Virus record (IMG/VR): IMGVR_UViG_3300033074_002003
Length of the DNA stretch: 64,000 nucleotides
Direction: 5' to 3' (one strand)
DNA from: a virus
In this document: in pieces, positions 27,437 to 36,576 of the stretch
How the letters are laid out: each line of letters opens with the position of its first letter
Numbering within the stretch: the first letter of the stretch is position 1
Notes under the pieces: model-generated
The model's database searches: none
What the model saw: only the letters and a program-made list of their open reading frames with translations
What the model was told of the DNA's origin: nothing
Program-made: the position numbers and the translations under genes

Positions 27437-29095
27437 ATGAGATACAACTTGATCATGTTCAAATGTCCTCGTTGCGATCGCGAATTCTGTTGGGCTGCCA
27501 AGCTCGAAAAACACATTGTAGCAGAGCATGGACTCGATCCCGAAGCGTTGTACATCGAGACACAGTGTGCTGGGGGAGTACCACAATGCGGGTGCGGGTG
27601 CCTCAGCAAAATCCCGTGGAACGGGTGGAAGCTGGGATTTTCCTCCAAGTTCCTCCGCGGGCACAACGCGTCATCCCAAGGAAATTTCTCCAATCCAGAG
27701 ATTCACGCTGCAGCACAGGCAACCCGTGTGAGCAACATTCGTTCCGGGAAGACGAAAATCTGGAACGCTGGAAAGACGAAAGAGACGGACGAAAGCCTGG
27801 CTCGAGCTTCTATCAAGAAGAGCGCGACAATGCGCGAAGGGTACGCTTCTGGTAGGATCAAAGCGCACTGGCTTGGTAAGACAAAAGAGACGTGCGATGC
27901 GCTCGCGCGCGGGTCTGCTACCAAGAAGCGTAACTTTCTAGAGGGCGTCTCTAAGGTCTGGAATGAGGGTCTTACACGCGAGACGTCAGAAAAGTTAGCT
28001 GGGATTGGCGACAGAATCTCTCACACGCGGGTGACGAATTATGATTCGGCGACGCGATACACGAGAGAAGATGTCACAAAAATAGCGGAAGAAGCGGGAT
28101 TTGAACTGCTATCAAATCCCGATGATTACAGAAACAAGTACCAACTACTTCACGTGAGGTGTCTAGAGAAGGGACACGACTCGCAACGAAATGTGATGAT
28201 GTTGCAAAATACACCGAAATGTCTTATTTGCCACCCGAAAGAATCGTGCGCTCAGCTAGAACTCTCTGCATTTGTCAGGTCGCTCGGCGTCGAGGTGTAC
28301 GAGTCGACGAGACGGGTTATCCCTCCCCGCGAGATCGATGTCTACTGTCCCGCGCACAAGTTTGGAATCGAGTTCAACGGACTGTTCTTCCACACAGACG
28401 CGACGAAGCACCCGCTCTATCACGAAGAGAAGACAGATGCAGCAACCTCTGTGGGTGTCAGACTGTTTCACGTCTTTGAGGACGAGTGGCGCGACAAGCG
28501 ACGGATCGTAGAGTCGATGGTGCGAGCTCGCCTGGGCATCGCGCCGCGGAGAGTCTTCGCTCGCAAGTGTGTCGTGAAGGAAATCACCCCAGAGGTCAGG
28601 CGAGAGTTCTTCGAGAGGACACACATTGATGGTGACGCTAGAGCGACGATCGCGTGGGGATTGTTCTCGGGCGATGAGCTCCTCTCTGTGATCTCACTCA
28701 GAAAACCGATTCGCAAATCTTTGGGTGTCACTGTATTTGAGCTCGCGAGATATTCTAGTGAACTCAACACATCTGTCGTGGGCGGTCTGGGCAAGCTTCT
28801 TGCACAGTGCAAACTCTGGCTCAGGGGTCGCGGCGTCAGAGTGCTGATGACCTACGTTGACAAGCGACACGGTGATGGCCACGGGTACGAGAGGCTCGGA
28901 TTTGCGTGTGTCGGAATCACGGGTTCTCCACGATTCTGGTGGACGGGTGGAGAGGTGGGACCGAACCGCGTCGATAGGCTGACATACAGAGCAGATTCGG
29001 AACGTGGACTCACCGAGAAGCAGGTGGCGGAGGACGCGGGGGTCAATCGGATCTACGGGTGCACGAACAAGGTGTATGAGCTCTCGATCGACTGA
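27437..29095 (+). CDS. Homing-endonuclease-like protein (C2H2 zinc finger, CGCGC motif, NUMOD3-like repeats, Vsr-like nuclease) fused to an extra ~250-aa C-terminal domain of unknown function. The start was chosen at MRYNL, downstream of the terminator.
   Basis: The N-terminus carries CPRCDREF...HIVAEHG and CGCGCLSKIP. Repeats read GKTKIWNAGKTKETDESLA. The nuclease region reads IEFNGLFFHTDATKHP...FHVFEDEW. A C-terminal tail continues to residue 573. Confidence 0.7.
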   Translation: MRYNLIMFKCPRCDREFCWAAKLEKHIVAEHGLDPEALYIETQCAGGVPQCGCGCLSKIPWNGWKLGFSSKFLRGHNASSQGNFSNPEIHAAAQATRVSNIRSGKTKIWNAGKTKETDESLARASIKKSATMREGYASGRIKAHWLGKTKETCDALARGSATKKRNFLEGVSKVWNEGLTRETSEKLAGIGDRISHTRVTNYDSATRYTREDVTKIAEEAGFELLSNPDDYRNKYQLLHVRCLEKGHDSQRNVMMLQNTPKCLICHPKESCAQLELSAFVRSLGVEVYESTRRVIPPREIDVYCPAHKFGIEFNGLFFHTDATKHPLYHEEKTDAATSVGVRLFHVFEDEWRDKRRIVESMVRARLGIAPRRVFARKCVVKEITPEVRREFFERTHIDGDARATIAWGLFSGDELLSVISLRKPIRKSLGVTVFELARYSSELNTSVVGGLGKLLAQCKLWLRGRGVRVLMTYVDKRHGDGHGYERLGFACVGITGSPRFWWTGGEVGPNRVDRLTYRADSERGLTEKQVAEDAGVNRIYGCTNKVYELSID

Positions 29096-29130
29096 GCCGT
29101 TGCTTGTACGCGAGTATCATAATTACTCGC

Positions 29131-29526
29131 ATGAGAATCTCGCTAGATGACCTGCGCCGTGTGATCTCAGAGGAGCTCCATCGCCTCGCCGAAGCGCCCC
29201 AGACGGATCCTGAGGAGCTCGCGGCCTCGCCCGAGTACGCCTCGCTCGAAGACTTTGTCCAGTTCAAGATGGACGAGGACGAATTCGAGTTTAGCTTCAT
29301 AGACCTGCAAGCGTTGAACATGTCGCTGCAGCGTCCCATGTCTTCGATCAGGGCTGAGCTCGAGGGTTACGGCATGAAGCTTTCTGCCCGCGCTCCAGAG
29401 AAGAGGACGCGCGGGTTTACCACGTCTTCGAACGATCGTTGGTTTGGCCCTGGCAGCCTCAAGACTCACGGTGGCGCGGGTATTGACAGCCATACAGGAA
29501 GAGCGACCACGAAGGGTGGGATCTGA
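29131..29526 (+). CDS. Leader-family small protein 5. The start was chosen at the internal Met.
   Basis: The N-terminus is MRISLDDLRRVISEELHRLAE. Confidence 0.5.
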   Translation: MRISLDDLRRVISEELHRLAEAPQTDPEELAASPEYASLEDFVQFKMDEDEFEFSFIDLQALNMSLQRPMSSIRAELEGYGMKLSARAPEKRTRGFTTSSNDRWFGPGSLKTHGGAGIDSHTGRATTKGGI

Positions 29527-30062
29527 TGGGCGCCGGTGACCTCCGGACGCTCGTTCGTGAGGCTGTGATCGATATCACTGGTCGCCTGCAGAAGAAGAAG
29601 TCGGACGCGTTCGCTGACAAGGTGAAAGACCTCGCGAGCTCAATCACGGGTGCGTTTGACCAGCAGCGCGAGCAGGAAGCAGCTGTCAGTGACGCGTTTG
29701 ATGAACTACCCGTGGGTGTGGACAAGATCGTGGGACAGAAGAGGTTTCGACTCGCCTGTCCGCTCGCATTTTCGGGCGACGAGGGGTGGCCACCGGACAC
29801 GTCCGTCTATACGATTGTCTCGCTCTTGCACCCGAGAGATTACTCGTACGAGCAGGTCGCTCGCTATATCGCCGCAAATGCCGATGTTTTTGCCGACTCT
29901 GTGCGGTGGCTCGACGATACCATCACCGGGTTAGAGAAGACGTTCGACGCGATGGACTGGCCCGCACCCTGGCGTCGCTACACGTCGTGGGGCAGTATCA
30001 CGCGTGATGTGCAGCGATACACGGATATCGTTGAGGACATCACGGGACAGGAGATCGTCTGA
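29526..30062 (+). CDS. Leader-family-like protein 6, a divergent member.
   Basis: The N-terminus is MGAGDLRTLVREAVIDI. ATGA overlaps occur at both ends. Confidence 0.45.
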   Translation: MGAGDLRTLVREAVIDITGRLQKKKSDAFADKVKDLASSITGAFDQQREQEAAVSDAFDELPVGVDKIVGQKRFRLACPLAFSGDEGWPPDTSVYTIVSLLHPRDYSYEQVARYIAANADVFADSVRWLDDTITGLEKTFDAMDWPAPWRRYTSWGSITRDVQRYTDIVEDITGQEIV

Positions 30063-30283
30063 TGGATCCGAAGCACACGAGCCTTCGCAGGATAATCCGC
30101 GCGACAATTGTTGGGGCCACAAAGGGTGAAATTGACGAATATCGCAGTGCGGCGGGCGGCGGAGCGAGGTACCCGCGGAGGTTCGACGTTTATCCAGAGG
30201 ACGGTTATGCTCCTGACGAACCAGCGATCGACGATCCCGAAGAATCGGACGGCGAAGGTGATTGCGGGTGCGATAGAACGTGA
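30062..30283 (+). CDS. Leader-family-like small protein 7, a divergent member.
   Basis: The N-terminus is MDPKHTSLRRIIRATIVG. Confidence 0.4.
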   Translation: MDPKHTSLRRIIRATIVGATKGEIDEYRSAAGGGARYPRRFDVYPEDGYAPDEPAIDDPEESDGEGDCGCDRT

Positions 30284-30288
30284 TACTT
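30281..30288 (+). promoter_or_regulatory. ATACTTA motif instance (GATACTTAG), 20 nt upstream of the 30308 start.
   Basis: Recurring motif; see findings. Confidence 0.3.
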
Positions 30289-30307
30289 AGCTGGGAGCTA
30301 GCACCCA

Positions 30308-30691
30308 ATGGCATTTGATAACCCAAGAGCAGGATTTAACGCGACAGCAGAGTTCCAGGTCTCCGCCCTTCCGTGGATGACCTCCTCTGTCGTCACCGGT
30401 GGGACGGTGAAGCGGTACGACTTCACACACTTCACGAAGTTCGTTATCGTGAAGAATACGACCGCAGGAACTGTCGCGCAAGTCGCTGTGAACCTCAACG
30501 GCTTCTCGCGATCGAATTACTTCGAGCTTGTCGGCGGCGAGTCTGTGTCACTTGACTGGCGAATCAGGCAGCTGTTCGTGTCTGGCTCTACTGGATCGCC
30601 TTCTATCTCGGTTGTCGCGGGTCTCACTGGCATCGAGGCGAAGCAGTGGCCCATCATCACGGGCTCTATGGGATTTGAGGGGGTGGGCTGA
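30308..30691 (+). CDS. Hypothetical structural protein.
   Basis: A 127-aa ORF. Confidence 0.5.
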   Translation: MAFDNPRAGFNATAEFQVSALPWMTSSVVTGGTVKRYDFTHFTKFVIVKNTTAGTVAQVAVNLNGFSRSNYFELVGGESVSLDWRIRQLFVSGSTGSPSISVVAGLTGIEAKQWPIITGSMGFEGVG

Positions 30692-31443
30692 TGCCGGGTT
30701 TTGCATACTCTGCTGTATCTGGTTCTGTATCTGCGGGTTCAGGCTCTGACGGTTCAACGGGTACGTCTTCGTCGACGACAGATGCGCGCAACCAAGTGTT
30801 CAACGGAACGGGCTGGGATCGTCTGCGGGGCGGGTTCCCGGTATCTGGTTCTAACGTCACGAGTTCGAATGGCGCGATCACGAACTGGCAGGGTGTCGGA
30901 CACGTGGCACCCTTCGCGAGGTACCACCTCACGAGGAGCGTCATCCCGGAGCTCGGCGGTTCTGTATTCAACTCGAACCAGAGGGGCGACATCACAGTCG
31001 CAGAACAGTTCATCCCGTCGTACGAGGACAATTCAAATGGTCTCGCTCACGTCCAAGAGCGAGCAATGGGCGACTCGTTGGGCGCTTGGACGCTGTACTC
31101 GTCTGGCGCCACGCGAGTGGGCACAGCGGGTGTCTCAATAAAGACAACTGCCGGTCGCCTCCGCAAGATTGGTGCCGTGAGCGTTAACGGTACAACGAAC
31201 TTCTGGATCGTTGTTGTGAACAAAGCTTCGGCACCCGTGAACGGAGACGCGGCTGTCTGGGCATTCCCACTTACACACACTGGTTCTGTATCGATGTCAT
31301 TCGGCGGTTCGCCGGGAATGTCGGTCGACTTCCCTGGGGGCATGTACCTCGGAACGGGAATTGCGTACGCGGTCAGCACTGTCCCTGAGAAAGTCTCACT
31401 TGCCGCCGTGTCAGACTGCACGGTATTCGCGCAGTACGTTTGA
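30691..31443 (+). CDS. Hypothetical structural protein (S/G/T-rich).
   Basis: A 250-aa ORF coupled to the upstream gene (ATGA). Confidence 0.5.
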   Translation: MPGFAYSAVSGSVSAGSGSDGSTGTSSSTTDARNQVFNGTGWDRLRGGFPVSGSNVTSSNGAITNWQGVGHVAPFARYHLTRSVIPELGGSVFNSNQRGDITVAEQFIPSYEDNSNGLAHVQERAMGDSLGAWTLYSSGATRVGTAGVSIKTTAGRLRKIGAVSVNGTTNFWIVVVNKASAPVNGDAAVWAFPLTHTGSVSMSFGGSPGMSVDFPGGMYLGTGIAYAVSTVPEKVSLAAVSDCTVFAQYV

Positions 31444-31452
31444 GGTAAGCAC

Positions 31453-31803
31453 ATGAGATATGAAGTAATTTGGGAGAAATTTGACGAGGACGGTCGCTTC
31501 ACGGGACGCGTTGAGGTCTTCAGCGATGATATGTCGTGGAGGTCTGGCCCGTCTGACGTCATTCTCGAGGCGACGACAAAGAATGGTATCGAGCGAGCGC
31601 TGCGAGACTACGCAGATGCACACGACTATCTCGTCCCGAGCGGGACACCGAAGAAGGTGAAGCCACCGAAGGTGACGCTCACGAAGGGCATCATTGACTC
31701 GAAAACGGGTACAGTTGCGCTTCCACCGAAGGTGCGCGACAAAGAGGGCAAAGAAGTCGTTGAGGGTGTTGGCGGAGCGGTGGCCGAAGCACCGGTGGGG
31801 TGA
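31453..31803 (+). CDS. Hypothetical protein.
   Basis: A 116-aa ORF. Confidence 0.45.
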   Translation: MRYEVIWEKFDEDGRFTGRVEVFSDDMSWRSGPSDVILEATTKNGIERALRDYADAHDYLVPSGTPKKVKPPKVTLTKGIIDSKTGTVALPPKVRDKEGKEVVEGVGGAVAEAPVG

Positions 31804-31809
31804 TCGGCA

Positions 31810-34755
31810 ATGCAGAACCTCGTTCAATGGTCTGAAAATCCTTCGCGGTCATCGTGGACAAGTACAGCGATTACTGTAGCTGCCGTACCGAGCGTCGCGT
31901 CGCCTGACGGTAAGTTTACTGTCTACAGTTTGACAGCGACTGGTGGCGCGGGAAATCACTTTACAGAGAACATAAATTCGGCGATGCCGATTTTTAGTCC
32001 CGTCGCGACGGTCGCCAACCTCAACCGCAACAAGTCTTCTTCGGTGTGGGTGAAGGCAGGGACGACAAACAAAGTTGTCGTAGGCAACGGCCGACACACG
32101 AACTGGTACCGTGCCCTCTTTGACCTCGGAAACGGCGTCGTAAACTTCGAAGAGAACTGTCGCGGGTACATTGAAGTCTACCCAGACGGGTGGTTCCGTT
32201 GTACAGTCGCGTACATAACGCCCTTTGGTGAGGCAAATGCCACACAGGATTCGGTTGTCGTTGCTCCTGTTCCGTCTTCACAGTCAGGAACAGCTGTATT
32301 GTCTTTCACATCTGCAAACGAATCCGTATATGTGTGGGGCGCTCAGCTAGCGTGTGCGTACGGTCCCGTCGCGTACATGAAGACAGAGGGCACGATAATC
32401 GAGTATCCGGCTCCGCGCAGCGCAGCATACCAAAACCTTGTCCCGTCTTCAAACAACATTGCCAACTGGGTGTACTTCCCGTCTTCAAATGCTACACTGA
32501 CGCAGGAAGTCGGTGTCACTTCGCCATCAGGTAACCCAGTGATGCGTCTTACTGAAGACGCGACTGCTGGCGTAGCACACCTCGCGTACCCAAACTGCAA
32601 CTCACTTACACCAGGTCGCGTACACACATTTTCAGTTCTCGTGAAGAAGGGTGCTACCACACGAGACTGGTTTGTCTTGGCACACAGTGGTGGTGGCACG
32701 ACCCGAGCGTACTTCAACCTCACGACGGGCCAAGTCGGAACGCCAGACGCGCCGGTTCTTGCGTGCGACATCATCCCGATGGGAGATGGGTGGTTCCTCT
32801 GTTGGAGTTCTGTTGTCCAGACAAATACGTTCGCTCCGATCTTGTATCCTAGCACAGCAGACGGTACAATAGCCTACAACGGTGACGGAACTAGCTATCT
32901 TTTGCTCGCCGATGCTCAGCTTGTAGAAGGGTTCGGTTATTCTCCCCTCACGAAAACGACCACAATCGGTACTACGGGTGTGAAGGGTAGGGGCCCTCGC
33001 GGGTACGCAGGCAGACAGAACTACATCGTTCAGTCGGAATCAATGGGCGTATCGCCTTGGGTGAACCCAGGATCTTCGGTGACACACAACGCCGTCTCTG
33101 CACCGGCGGGTCTCATGGGAGACGCGATCATAGAGGACGCTTCGACGGGATTTCACGGTGTCTATCAAGTCGGTATCGCTCCCTACGCCCACTTTACCGT
33201 TCACGCGATTGTCAAGGCGGGAACGCGCACTTGGTGCACACTTGCTTCGCTCGCGGCAAACAACGGAAGTTACTTCAACCTAAATGGTGAAGGAGCGTTG
33301 GGCACAGCATTTGGCACTGTGGGCCATCGTGAGATTACTGCCCTTGGTGACGGTTGGTTCCTTATTTCGTTCACAAATATCGGTGGTACACCGACGAGCG
33401 GCAACAGAATATTCGAGTTGTACGCTGCTACCGGAGACATCGGAGGATCGTACACTGGCACAAACGGTAATACAGCGATGTATGTCGCCACGTCGTGGGT
33501 GACTCTTACTTCAGGAAGAGCTCCCTACTTCAGGACGGGTTCTGCCGCGATCAAGGGTAGGACACCCCGCACAGAACATCCCAAACAGAACCTCTTCTTG
33601 CGCTCACAAGAGATGCTGAATACGACTGTGTGGCCTCCCTCCGGAACTGTGACACGCACAGCGTCGTCAAAGATGGCTCCCGACGGAACGATGACAGCTG
33701 TTCAGATCAGCGATCAGAGTGCGGCTGAATTTCGTGGTGTACAACAGTCGATCAGCGTATCACGTGATACGAGGTCTGCTGTCGTTTCTATCTTTGTCGC
33801 GAAGTCTGTTGGGACGACGAACCCGTGTGGGTTCAACGCTACGTTTGTTGGTGGTACATCGGTCGGAATTTCGTTTCGAATCGACACGACTACGGGCGTG
33901 TATTCTACTGGCGGCGCGCAAGGTGGCCTAGAAGACTACGGAGACTGGTGGAGGATCTGGGGTAGGGTCACAAACAACGGAACGAATACGTCGCTAACAT
34001 TCGGCATGTATGCAGCGACTAGCACGACTTTCTTGGCCGGCGACAGCGTTGCTGGTACAGGTGTCGCTGACATCTGGGGAGCACAGATGAATTGGGGCAA
34101 CGGTCCCGCCGAGTATGTGAAGACGGGTGCTGTAGCTGTGAATACCGGCACACCTCGCAGGATCGCTCCCAAGCAGAATATGGCGTACAACTCCGGTATA
34201 GACGGGACGTACTGGTCCCAGAGCAACCTGACGCGTTCAGCCGGTCCAATCTGTCCTTCCGGGCGTGCGTCTGTTCTTCTCACTGAAAACGGACTCAACG
34301 CTGTCCACTTCACTTCTCAGACAATAACTCAACTTCGCCCGGGAAGCATCGCGACGATGTGTTTCTTTGCGAAGCGTCCCAACTCGTCCTCTCGCGGCTG
34401 GATTGCGTGCGCGGGAAACTCTGGCAACGCGGCGCGCTGGTTTGATCTCATCAACGGAGAGAGAAGCACGGCGGGTGGCGGTACGTGCAGCTACACAATC
34501 ACGCCCGCCGGTGACGGATGGTGGTACATCACTATTTCGTGGATCGTAGACGCCGCGACACTGGGCGTAAACATCTACCTGTCAGACGCTTCGAGCAGCG
34601 TCACGTATACGGGTGACGGGGTGTCGGGTCTCTACGTCGCCGATGTAATCATCGCCGAAACGAATGGCATTCCCGAGATGAGACCGACCGTGTCTATCCC
34701 GACGGGAGGACAGTCGTGGGAGTATGATCGCGGTTCGCGCGGCCTCATGGGGTGA
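31810..34755 (+). CDS. Large structural protein built from about five tandem ~180-aa repeats, each with a GDGW(F/W) motif. Putative receptor-binding or fibre protein.
   Basis: The repeats are visible in translation: KGR(G/T)PR...PKQN...GDGWF.......WGAQL. GDGW-type motifs occur at YPDGWFRC, MGDGWFLCW, LGDGWFLISF, YGDWWRIWG and AGDGWWYITI. Confidence 0.65.
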   Translation: MQNLVQWSENPSRSSWTSTAITVAAVPSVASPDGKFTVYSLTATGGAGNHFTENINSAMPIFSPVATVANLNRNKSSSVWVKAGTTNKVVVGNGRHTNWYRALFDLGNGVVNFEENCRGYIEVYPDGWFRCTVAYITPFGEANATQDSVVVAPVPSSQSGTAVLSFTSANESVYVWGAQLACAYGPVAYMKTEGTIIEYPAPRSAAYQNLVPSSNNIANWVYFPSSNATLTQEVGVTSPSGNPVMRLTEDATAGVAHLAYPNCNSLTPGRVHTFSVLVKKGATTRDWFVLAHSGGGTTRAYFNLTTGQVGTPDAPVLACDIIPMGDGWFLCWSSVVQTNTFAPILYPSTADGTIAYNGDGTSYLLLADAQLVEGFGYSPLTKTTTIGTTGVKGRGPRGYAGRQNYIVQSESMGVSPWVNPGSSVTHNAVSAPAGLMGDAIIEDASTGFHGVYQVGIAPYAHFTVHAIVKAGTRTWCTLASLAANNGSYFNLNGEGALGTAFGTVGHREITALGDGWFLISFTNIGGTPTSGNRIFELYAATGDIGGSYTGTNGNTAMYVATSWVTLTSGRAPYFRTGSAAIKGRTPRTEHPKQNLFLRSQEMLNTTVWPPSGTVTRTASSKMAPDGTMTAVQISDQSAAEFRGVQQSISVSRDTRSAVVSIFVAKSVGTTNPCGFNATFVGGTSVGISFRIDTTTGVYSTGGAQGGLEDYGDWWRIWGRVTNNGTNTSLTFGMYAATSTTFLAGDSVAGTGVADIWGAQMNWGNGPAEYVKTGAVAVNTGTPRRIAPKQNMAYNSGIDGTYWSQSNLTRSAGPICPSGRASVLLTENGLNAVHFTSQTITQLRPGSIATMCFFAKRPNSSSRGWIACAGNSGNAARWFDLINGERSTAGGGTCSYTITPAGDGWWYITISWIVDAATLGVNIYLSDASSSVTYTGDGVSGLYVADVIIAETNGIPEMRPTVSIPTGGQSWEYDRGSRGLMG

Positions 34756-34757
34756 TC

Positions 34758-35084
34758 CTACCTCTTCTTTGATCTCTCGGCGACCTCGTGCGCGCTGTGA
34801 GCGATCTTCAGAGACAGCGCGCCACTCACCTCGTAGAGGTCAACTTCAGAGCCATATGTCTTGCGACGCGGATCGCTCGGGAAGAGCTTCTTCAGCACGG
34901 GTGCCTCACCAAAGAGACCGAAACACATCTCGTTGAGAACCTCTTCTGTGAGGTCTAGACTCTCTTTTATCTCGCGAGCGACCTCACCGATGAGCACTGG
35001 CCTCGCGTATTTGTGAACGACCTGGGTGATTTTGTCACGGAGGATCGACTTTTGCTGCATATCAAGCTCATCGAATTTTGCCAT
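34758..35084 (-). CDS. Hypothetical small protein, the only minus-strand gene inside the tail module.
   Basis: A 108-aa ORF. A divergent AT-richer intergenic region lies at 35085..35158. Confidence 0.45.
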   Translation of the reverse strand: MAKFDELDMQQKSILRDKITQVVHKYARPVLIGEVAREIKESLDLTEEVLNEMCFGLFGEAPVLKKLFPSDPRRKTYGSEVDLYEVSGALSLKIAHSAHEVAERSKKR

Positions 35085-35158
35085 GGCTTATAGCTAGTGT
35101 ACGGCGCGCTTTACGATCTGTTCAGCACGTGTAGTATTTCGTACGTATAGGGAGTCAA

Positions 35159-36016
35159 ATGGAAGAGCGAGCGGAGAAGAACCAAGTTTTCGGAATGTCC
35201 GATGTTGTGAGGCAACTCCAAACGGATCAGATCAGAGCACAGATGGGAGCGAACCTACCTGTCAGCACGATCCCGCTGCCGTCCCGAGGGCTCGTTTACC
35301 CGGCTGAGTCTGCGCTACACGGTCTTGAGACCGTCGAGCTGAAAGCGATGACTGTGCAAGAGGAAAACATTCTTACCTCGAAGGCGCTCATCAAGAAGGG
35401 CACTGTCATCACAGAGCTCATCAAGTCGTGTATCGTGAACAAGGCGATCGACGTCGGACAGATGCTGTCGGGCGACAGGAATACGCTCATGGTCGCGATC
35501 CGTTCCGAGGGATACGGTCACCTCTATGACGTCGAGGTGCGCTGCGCAGCGTGCGGAGAGTCTGCCGAGCAACAGTTCAATCTCAACGAATTCGAGCTGA
35601 AGCCTCTGGAGCTCGTGCCGCTCGAGGTGGGCAAGAACGAATTCCCGTTTAAGCTCCCGAAGTGTGGGAAGAATGTGACGTTCAGATTCCTGACGGGACG
35701 CGACGAGGAAGATATCGTTGCGACGCAGGAGAACCGCAAGAAGGGTCTGAAGGGCGGGTCGACGGTGCTCGATGACTCGCTGATCCTGCAGCTCCAGTAC
35801 GCGCTCGTTTCTGTAGAGGGTAACTACAGCAAGAATGACATCTCGAACTTCGTTCGCACGATGTTTGCTCGCGACTCGCAGGAGCTTCGCAAGTATATCC
35901 AGAAGCACCAGCCCGGCATCAACATGGTCCAGAACATCACCTGCCCGCACTGTGAGCACACGGAGAATGGAGTAGCGATGCCAATCGGCATCAACTTCTT
36001 TTGGCCTAACCAGTGA
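35159..36016 (+). CDS. Hypothetical tail-associated protein with a Cys4 cluster (CAACG...CGK...CPHC).
   Basis: A 285-aa ORF upstream of the chaperone/tape-measure region. Confidence 0.55.
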   Translation: MEERAEKNQVFGMSDVVRQLQTDQIRAQMGANLPVSTIPLPSRGLVYPAESALHGLETVELKAMTVQEENILTSKALIKKGTVITELIKSCIVNKAIDVGQMLSGDRNTLMVAIRSEGYGHLYDVEVRCAACGESAEQQFNLNEFELKPLELVPLEVGKNEFPFKLPKCGKNVTFRFLTGRDEEDIVATQENRKKGLKGGSTVLDDSLILQLQYALVSVEGNYSKNDISNFVRTMFARDSQELRKYIQKHQPGINMVQNITCPHCEHTENGVAMPIGINFFWPNQ

Positions 36017-36050
36017 TCCTGAGACGATCGCAAACTACCTCGTAAACTCT

Positions 36051-36290
36051 GTGCTGGAACCCACGTTCCTCCTGCAGTACTACATGGGTTTCTCGTTCAC
36101 AGAAGCGATGAACCTCCCACTCGGCATTCGAAGGTGGTTCATCGAACGCATCCAGCGCGAGCTGTCCAAGACAGGACCGAACGGCGAGAACCCGCCTAAC
36201 CGGACGCTCGAGGGAAATACGGCAGAAGCGCGCACGATGCAGGGAATGCACAATCCAGTAGCTCCGGCGCGCCTGCGTAGATTTACGTAA
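36051..36290 (+). CDS. Small protein, possible tail assembly chaperone (GTG start).
   Basis: The position immediately upstream of the tape measure is the only evidence. Confidence 0.3.
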   Translation: MLEPTFLLQYYMGFSFTEAMNLPLGIRRWFIERIQRELSKTGPNGENPPNRTLEGNTAEARTMQGMHNPVAPARLRRFT

Positions 36291-36309
36291 TCGCATAGTT
36301 AGATGTGAA

Positions 36310-36576
36310 ATGGAAAGATCACCCGAGAGTGTCAGCGGAAAGAGGCTCGTTCGTGCCGCTCTGGCGGCGTGGGCTCGCGGCAGGAAGCCAGCGCTCAGTG
36401 TCCGACTCACGGCAGAACAGGTCGAAGCGCTGTCGGAGGTGCTCGGCGCGACAAAGAGATTTGAGGCGGCACTCGCAGAAGCTCGCAGCGTCGATTCTCT
36501 CATGACACTTCTAGAGGCGAAGCGTCACTCTGCAAGCAATTTTTACCGGGTCACTGGGATCGCCTGGCCCCTCTGA
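36310..36576 (+). CDS. Small Ala/Arg-rich protein, possible second chaperone ORF.
   Basis: Position only. A competing overlapping frame is present. Confidence 0.25.
   Translation: MERSPESVSGKRLVRAALAAWARGRKPALSVRLTAEQVEALSEVLGATKRFEAALAEARSVDSLMTLLEAKRHSASNFYRVTGIAWPL

Noticed and set aside
36051-36576. Possible programmed frameshift between two small chaperone-like ORFs upstream of the tape measure.
   Set aside because: The two ORFs do not overlap. The -1 frame is not open across the first ORF's stop and no slippery heptamer was seen, so a G/GT-type frameshift is not supported.
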